Below, piece by piece: positions 35,383 to 40,852 of a stretch of 40,852 bases of DNA. This DNA is from Nitrospinaceae bacterium (GTDB taxonomy: Bacteria > Nitrospinota > Nitrospinia > Nitrospinales > VA-1). Numbering within the stretch: position 1 is the stretch's first letter; every line of letters begins with the position of its first letter. A program made the translations under genes and the position numbers. The DNA is taken from assembly GCA_029937655.1 (NCBI GenBank), contig JAPYPK010000002.1, positions 1 through 40,852 on the forward strand, read 5' to 3'. Under the pieces are notes generated by a model, which did no database searches, was not told the DNA's origin, and saw nothing but the letters and a program-made list of their open reading frames with translations.

Positions 35383-36661
35383 AACGCAATCCATCAACAA
35401 GCTCGAGTTTTGATGCTCGCCAAGCTGGATAGAGAGATGCGGCCAAACAAATTACAACAGAAAAAATAACAATTAAAAAAGAGTCCATATACTGAATTTT
35501 AGATGGAAGGCGATCAAGGTAGTAAATATCACTCGGAAATGCCACAATCCCGAAGATAGATTCTATCGAACTAACTATTTCATTTAAGTTGGGGACGATA
35601 ACAAAGCCAACAGCACAACCCAAGAATGTTCCCACAAGACCAATAAATAACCCTTGATAACTATAAATTTTCATTATACTGCTACAACTAGCCCCCATAG
35701 ACTTTAAAATCGCTACTTCTTTAGCTTTTTCCATCACCAACATAAACAGCGTGCTTACAATATTAAACGCCGCCACAAAAATAATTAAGATCAGAATAAT
35801 AAACATAACAATCTTTTCGAGTTTGAGCGCAGAAAAAAGATTTTTATTCATGCGCATCCAGTCACGGACAAGATAAGGAAAACCTAATTCTTTCTGGATT
35901 GCAGAAGCAATATTCCCAGCCTGCTCGATATCAGCAACCCTCACTTCTATCCCGGAAACACCGTTCTTCATCGAAAAAAATTTTTGCGCCGACTTTAATA
36001 GAATGAATGACAAGTTTGCGTCGTATTCATACATTCCCGACTCGAACACACCAACCACTTTAAATAGTTTCATTCTGGGAATAAGTCCAACAGGAGTCAC
36101 CCGCGAAACAGGTGAAACCATAGACACGATGTCCCCAACTTCCACACCCAGTCTACGCGAAAGCTCCTTGCCTAAAATTATTCCAGCGCGATTTTTTTTT
36201 TCTCTTCCTTTTATTTCTCCAGAAACACTTGATTTCGTCTTCAAGTCCGATACTGTTCCCGACACCATATTCTTCCCTAAATCTGAAACTGTCTCTTCTT
36301 TCTCTGGGTCTATTCCTCGCACAACAATCCCCGAAACTCTATCGCCATTAATTAGCATCACCTGATTCATGATAAATGGTGCCGCTGCTATAACTCCTTT
36401 GACAGAGCGTACTTTTTTCACAATACCATCATAGTTTTCTACCATCGCACGATTCATACTTGACACAACTACGTGAGAGTTAGTTCCCAAGATTTTATCA
36501 CGCAAATCTTTACTGAATCCTGACATAACTGCTATTACCACAATAAGGGCCATGACGCCTAAGCCTACCCCGGCTATTGATATCCAAGTATTAAGAGAAA
36601 TAAATTTTTGTGACTTTTTAGCGCTAAGGTGGCGAATGCTTACGAATAATTCGTAGGACAT
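35375..36661 (-). CDS. Lipoprotein-releasing system permease, LolC/LolE family (single copy)
   Basis: The 428-aa ORF has MacB/FtsX topology, with TM1, a large periplasmic domain and three C-terminal TM helices. It contains LSALKLEKIVMFIILILI and AILKSMGAS and is coupled to lolD. Confidence 0.9.
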   Translation of the reverse strand: MSYELFVSIRHLSAKKSQKFISLNTWISIAGVGLGVMALIVVIAVMSGFSKDLRDKILGTNSHVVVSSMNRAMVENYDGIVKKVRSVKGVIAAAPFIMNQVMLINGDRVSGIVVRGIDPEKEETVSDLGKNMVSGTVSDLKTKSSVSGEIKGREKKNRAGIILGKELSRRLGVEVGDIVSMVSPVSRVTPVGLIPRMKLFKVVGVFESGMYEYDANLSFILLKSAQKFFSMKNGVSGIEVRVADIEQAGNIASAIQKELGFPYLVRDWMRMNKNLFSALKLEKIVMFIILILIIFVAAFNIVSTLFMLVMEKAKEVAILKSMGASCSSIMKIYSYQGLFIGLVGTFLGCAVGFVIVPNLNEIVSSIESIFGIVAFPSDIYYLDRLPSKIQYMDSFLIVIFSVVICLAASLYPAWRASKLELVDGLRYE

Positions 36662-36741
36662 GATGAGTGGTGAGGTTGAAGATTTTTAGACTGAAAACAA
36701 GCTTTTCAGCTCTAACAATAAAATTTTCAAAGAATCAATCT

Positions 36742-36774
36742 AACTTCGCCGTGAAATACCATTCAGGCGAAGTT
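36742..36774 (-). terminator. Hairpin immediately downstream of lysS (possible bidirectional terminator)
   Basis: AACTTCGCC-N15-GGCGAAGTT forms a perfect 9-bp stem 14 nt after the lysS stop. The T-run (ttttattat) is on the plus-strand side only, so the call as a lysS terminator is tentative. Confidence 0.4.
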
Positions 36775-36787
36775 TTATTATATCCAG

Positions 36788-38293
36788 TTAAGATTCTTTT
36801 TTTAACTGTGGAAATAAGATAACGTCCCGGATCGATTGAGAGTTAGTAAGAAGCATGACTAACCTGTCCACACCTATTCCCTCTCCCGCAGTTGGTGGAA
36901 GTCCATACTCTAAAGCACGGATAAAATCTAGGTCCATCATGTGAGCTTCTTCGTCCCCGGCATTGCGATCAGAAACTTGCTCCTCGAATCTTTGTTTCTG
37001 ATCTATTGGATCATTCAACTCGGTATAAGCGTTAGCGATTTCCTTCCCCCCAATGAACAATTCAAAACGCTCGACCAACCCCGGGTCTTCCTCTTTCTTT
37101 TTTGATAATGGAGAAAGAGCCAAAGGATAGTCTGTTATATAAATGGGCTGGATCAAGTTGGGTTCAACAAAGTGGTCGAATAACTTTCCCAATACTTTTG
37201 CGTGGCTGTCTTTCTTTTCCAAGGCTACCTTGTTTTCCAGGGCATAGGAAGCAGACTTTTGGCAATCGTTAATATCTTCCAATGGTATTCCCCCAATATC
37301 TACCAAGGATTGCTTAAATGTTTTTCGCCCAAAGGGTTTAGAAAAATCAATGACCTCATTTCGAGTGGCTTCATCTTTTCCACAAGTAAGATCAAAAGTC
37401 ATTTTACCAAATACAGTTTGGCATACATGATGAAATAACTTTTCAGTCAGCCCCATAAGGTCATTATAATCAGCATAAGCTGTATAAAACTCAACCATAG
37501 TAAACTCTGGATTATGATCAGTAGAAATACCCTCGTTCCTAAAGTTTCTATTAATCTCGTAAACTCGCTCAATACCACCCACTACCAGTCTTTTTAGATA
37601 TAGTTCTGGCGCTACCCGAAGATAAAGGTCCATATCAAGAGCATTATGATGTGTCTTAAATGGTTTTGCTGTCGCACCACCTGCAATGGATTGCATCATT
37701 GGTGTTTCTACTTCCAGATAGTCTCTCTGATTAAGGAACTCACGTAGCGCCTGGATAACCTTACTCCTATAGATGAAAACATCTTTCACCTCTGGGTTGA
37801 CTATTAGATCAACATATCTTTGGCGATATCTAAGCTCAACATCCTTTAATCCATGCCATTTTTCGGGAAGCGGTAAAAGCGATTTCGTTAGCAAGGTGAT
37901 TTTTTTTGCAAAAATTGTAAGTTCCCCTGTTTTGGTCTTAGACAGCACTCCCTCCACACCAATAAAATCCCCAATATCGAAAAGACTAAATATCTCGTAA
38001 TTTTCTTCACCAATTTCATCCTTGCGTATATATACTTGAATTTGGCCTGCACGATCCTTGATGTGGCAAAAAGTCGTTTTACCATGACCACGTCTCGCCA
38101 TCATACGCCCACCAACTAAGCACTGCTTACCTACCTCCTCTAGTTCTTCCTTGGAGTTCGCGGAAAACTCATCAACCAGTGAACTGATAGTATTTTTAAC
38201 TTTAAACCTGTTAATATAAGGATTGATACTCTTAGAGTATAATTGCGCAAGCTTGTCTCGTCTAAGCTTCACTAAATCTGTTGGTTCTTCCAT
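36788..38293 (-). CDS. lysS: Lysine-tRNA ligase, class II
   Basis: The ORF contains an OB-fold N-domain, [29 protein letters not shown] (motif 2) and [14 protein letters not shown] (motif 3). Confidence 0.96.
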   Translation of the reverse strand: MEEPTDLVKLRRDKLAQLYSKSINPYINRFKVKNTISSLVDEFSANSKEELEEVGKQCLVGGRMMARRGHGKTTFCHIKDRAGQIQVYIRKDEIGEENYEIFSLFDIGDFIGVEGVLSKTKTGELTIFAKKITLLTKSLLPLPEKWHGLKDVELRYRQRYVDLIVNPEVKDVFIYRSKVIQALREFLNQRDYLEVETPMMQSIAGGATAKPFKTHHNALDMDLYLRVAPELYLKRLVVGGIERVYEINRNFRNEGISTDHNPEFTMVEFYTAYADYNDLMGLTEKLFHHVCQTVFGKMTFDLTCGKDEATRNEVIDFSKPFGRKTFKQSLVDIGGIPLEDINDCQKSASYALENKVALEKKDSHAKVLGKLFDHFVEPNLIQPIYITDYPLALSPLSKKKEEDPGLVERFELFIGGKEIANAYTELNDPIDQKQRFEEQVSDRNAGDEEAHMMDLDFIRALEYGLPPTAGEGIGVDRLVMLLTNSQSIRDVILFPQLKKES

Positions 38294-38483
38294 TGAATTA
38301 AATAAGTTAAGATTGGGAGATAAAAGAATACGACTTAAGCTATTTTTATTTTTTCAAAAAAACACACAGTGCAAATTAGAGTCTCAATTAGACTATTGGC
38401 TGGCTTTATCATGCGAGACTCTTTATTCAAACAGTTTAATGTTTCTCGTTTCCAAAAAATAATAAGCCGCAAAAAAACTAGTA

Positions 38484-40076
38484 TTAATGCGCAACGTCCG
38501 TAAAGCGAGTCTCCCTAATAACGGTAATTTTAACTTCTCCGGGGTATGTCACTTCTTTTTCTATACGTCTAGCGACTTTCTTAGCCAACATGTTGGATTC
38601 CTCATCTGTAGCAATATCAGGAACAACAACAATACGAACCTCACGTCCAGCTTGAATCGCATAAGTTTTTTCAACGCCCTTGAAAGAATCTCCAATTTCT
38701 TCCAGCTTTGTCATTCGCTTCACGTAAGTTTCTAGCATTTCACGGCGAGCTCCTGGGCGAGAAGCAGAAATAGTATCTCCTGCTATAACTAAAACGGCGT
38801 AAAGAGACTCCGGCTCTATGTCTTCATGGTGCGCGCCAATAGCATTAACAACATATTTGTGTTCATTAAACCGCTTGGCAACATCAATTCCCAATTGAGT
38901 GTGCGTACCATCTGTTTGCCGATCGATAGACTTACCAATATCGTGTAAAAGTCCAGCACGTTTAGCAAGTTGAACATCCAACCCTAACTCTGCAGCCAAA
39001 AACCCGCAAACTCTAGCAACTTCTTTAACATGTTCAAGAACATTCTGTGTGTAGCTTGTGCGATATTTAAGCCGCCCTAGCATATGCACCATCTCTGTAT
39101 TTATATTATCTATTTCCAGCTCCATAACGGCTTGTTCCCCAGCCTTCCTAGTTTGGCTCGCGACCTCCTTACGACACTTGGCCACAACTTCTTCAATCTT
39201 TCCTGGGTGAATGCGCCCATCAAGTATCAATTGCTCTAATGTAAGACGGGCAACTTCGCGGCGTATCGGATCGAAGCCGGATAATATTACTGCTCCCGGC
39301 GTATCGTCAATAATAAGATCAACTCCCGTGGCCTGTTCAAGAGCACGAATATTTCTACCTTCACGCCCTATAATGCGCCCCTTAATCGAATCGTCCGAAA
39401 GGGCCACCACAGAGACTGTACTTTCGGCCACACTATCAGACGCTAATCTCTGCACTGCCATGGTGATAATTTTTTTTGCCTCTTCCTCCGCATTATTCTT
39501 CGCATTCTCTTCAATTTTCTTTACTTCTTTTGCTGCATCCAGATGTGCTAAATCGACAACCTTCGCCTTAATTTCTTCTATAGCTTGTTCAGCGGTAAAA
39601 GAGCTGATGATTTCAAGTTTTTTCATTTCTTCCTGAGCCAATGCCTCGTACCGCGACTTTTCATCTAAGCCCGACTGCTTAGTTTTTTCTGCTTCTTTCA
39701 TCCTAGCGGCTAACTGTTTTTCAAAATCTACCAAACTCACCTTCGAAAGCCTTAACTCATCTTCTTTTTTGTGCATTCTACGTTGCTGATCTCGCAACTC
39801 CTCCCGTTTGGCCTGAACTTCTTTTTCGACTTTTTCCTTTTCAACTAAGACTTGCTCTTTTCCTTCAACAACAGCGGCTTTAAATCTATTTTGCGCCTCC
39901 TGTTCTGCTTCTTCGATAATCTTTATCTTTCTGGCTTCAGCTTCCTTAAGCTGGTATTGACTTATTAGTTTACGCAGGAAATAACCAATCAAATAACCAA
40001 CCACCGCTGCCAAAAACATTCCTACAAGCAGGGTGGAAAAATTAAATTTAACAGCTGTAAAAATATGCATACCCAT
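38484..40076 (-). CDS. rny: Ribonuclease Y
   Basis: The ORF has an N-terminal TM helix, a long Glu/Lys coiled coil, the KH motif GRIIGREGRNIRALE and the HD-domain motif LLHDIGK. The true start may be the second ATG at 40070, which has GAGG 8 nt upstream. Confidence 0.95.
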   Translation of the reverse strand: MGMHIFTAVKFNFSTLLVGMFLAAVVGYLIGYFLRKLISQYQLKEAEARKIKIIEEAEQEAQNRFKAAVVEGKEQVLVEKEKVEKEVQAKREELRDQQRRMHKKEDELRLSKVSLVDFEKQLAARMKEAEKTKQSGLDEKSRYEALAQEEMKKLEIISSFTAEQAIEEIKAKVVDLAHLDAAKEVKKIEENAKNNAEEEAKKIITMAVQRLASDSVAESTVSVVALSDDSIKGRIIGREGRNIRALEQATGVDLIIDDTPGAVILSGFDPIRREVARLTLEQLILDGRIHPGKIEEVVAKCRKEVASQTRKAGEQAVMELEIDNINTEMVHMLGRLKYRTSYTQNVLEHVKEVARVCGFLAAELGLDVQLAKRAGLLHDIGKSIDRQTDGTHTQLGIDVAKRFNEHKYVVNAIGAHHEDIEPESLYAVLVIAGDTISASRPGARREMLETYVKRMTKLEEIGDSFKGVEKTYAIQAGREVRIVVVPDIATDEESNMLAKKVARRIEKEVTYPGEVKITVIRETRFTDVAH

Positions 40077-40094
40077 TACCTCAATATTATGTAA

Positions 40095-40721
40095 TTAAAC
40101 CTCAACGCCTGACATGTCACGGCATCTTAGTGCTTTAGTTTCTGTAATTAAAAAATGAACCGGTTCATCTAAGTCTGAGTGTGGAACTAAATTAAAAAGT
40201 TGAAAATCATAACCCACCGCGACTCGGCTCACATTTCCGGTGATTTTTTTAAAAAATTTATCATAGAATCCCCCCCCGTAACCAATTCGATTCCCGAAAC
40301 TATCGAATGCTAGGCCAGGCACTACGACAAAGTCTATATTTGAAAAAGGAACTATATCCCGAAATTTAGGAGCAGGTTGTCTAACGTCATACTCTCCTAT
40401 CACAAAATCTATATCCATCGAAGGAATACGGCTTGCCTTTAAATTTTCTCCTCCTGGATCTAGCAATGGAACCAAAACTTGCTTTCCTAACCGTAGGGAT
40501 TCCCGAATTATCCTCTCTGTCTGCACTTCAAAAGAAGTCGAGAGAAAACAAAAAATAGTTTTGGACTTCTTAAATTCATCCATGCCAAACAATCGTTGAG
40601 CAATGGCAAGGTTTTTCTCCTCTTTTTCTAGATCACCAAGCGCTTCTCGTTTTTGAATAATCGTTTTGCGAATCGCTATTTTGGTTTTGGCTACTGACTC
40701 CGAACTATCTGCTAACGCCAT
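40095..40721 (-). CDS. 5-formyltetrahydrofolate cyclo-ligase
   Basis: The ORF contains VPGLAFDSFGNRIGYGGGFYDKF, the family motif. The start is ambiguous: ATG at 40721 or 40733, or TTG at 40736. It lies 18-24 nt upstream of rny. Confidence 0.88.
   Translation of the reverse strand: MALADSSESVAKTKIAIRKTIIQKREALGDLEKEEKNLAIAQRLFGMDEFKKSKTIFCFLSTSFEVQTERIIRESLRLGKQVLVPLLDPGGENLKASRIPSMDIDFVIGEYDVRQPAPKFRDIVPFSNIDFVVVPGLAFDSFGNRIGYGGGFYDKFFKKITGNVSRVAVGYDFQLFNLVPHSDLDEPVHFLITETKALRCRDMSGVEV
40270..40277 (-). repeat. C8 (coding-strand G8) homopolymer in the cyclo-ligase active-site motif
   Basis: The forward strand atcccccccccgta reads on the coding strand as tac ggg ggg gga ttc, encoding YGGGF. 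Confidence 0.9.
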
Positions 40722-40852
40722 GTCAAACCTCATCAAGTAGTCACACTCAATTATCCAGTCAAAACAACCTTAAATGCAGTCAGGCAAGTAAAAGTTAAGT
40801 CAAAACAAAATAAGTTAAAATCTCTAAAAACACAGGTGAAGCAGCCTTATAA

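Noticed and set aside
38294-38483. A T-box or lysine (L-box) riboswitch in the lysS leader.
   Set aside because: I could not find the conserved T-box core (a motif like AGGGUGGNACCGCG) or L-box helices by eye. Only the generic alternative hairpins are reported, as a low-interest finding.
1-40852. A scan for CRISPR arrays, tRNA/rRNA genes, IS elements, integrases, prophage genes, toxin-antitoxin pairs and large direct or inverted repeats.
   Set aside because: I noticed no regularly spaced repeats, no T-arm/GTTCGAATC-like tRNA signatures in the intergenic gaps, and no transposase, integrase or phage-like ORFs. An eye scan cannot exclude short or degenerate elements.

Overview
This is a 40.9-kb, AT-rich (about 40% GC by eye), gene-dense chromosomal segment from a diderm bacterium, as shown by lpxD and lolD plus a LolC/E-family permease gene. 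The combination of RNase Y with a 14-subunit-type complex I suggests a non-gammaproteobacterial lineage, but I cannot place it more precisely from sequence alone. Most of the window is housekeeping. On the minus strand, nuoABCDEFG form a tightly coupled operon; nuoG runs off the left edge and is therefore missing from the ORF track. A separate nuoN lies on the plus strand. The remaining recognisable genes are dtd, a lipoate-ligase-family gene, recA-recX-prepilin peptidase, an aldo/keto reductase, an ABC exporter, accA, lpxD, lolD with its permease, lysS, rny and a 5-formyl-THF cyclo-ligase. Between these are accessory-looking genes. They include a vWA/GATase-like membrane protein with a DUF4159 partner and a PhnW-like aminotransferase coupled to an unknown ORF. 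They also include a triple TerB-like protein, an FG-GAP/VCBS protein, a periplasmic FGE/SUMF1-like protein with heme-c motifs, a large TPR protein and an RI-type LRR protein. I saw no rRNA, tRNA, CRISPR array, transposase, integrase or obvious prophage. The best candidates for something undescribed are three genes with no recognisable family. One is an orphan 2TM / degenerate PLD-like / beta-sandwich gene with its own promoter (7119-8459). The other two are a 315-aa gene and a 270-aa secreted-protein gene lying divergent from recA (21260-23227). All functional ideas for these three are inference only. I also found a 58-aa Cys4 ORF that falls below the ORF-track cutoff. Several starts in the ORF track are TTG- or GTG-extended, and I give the starts I consider more likely.
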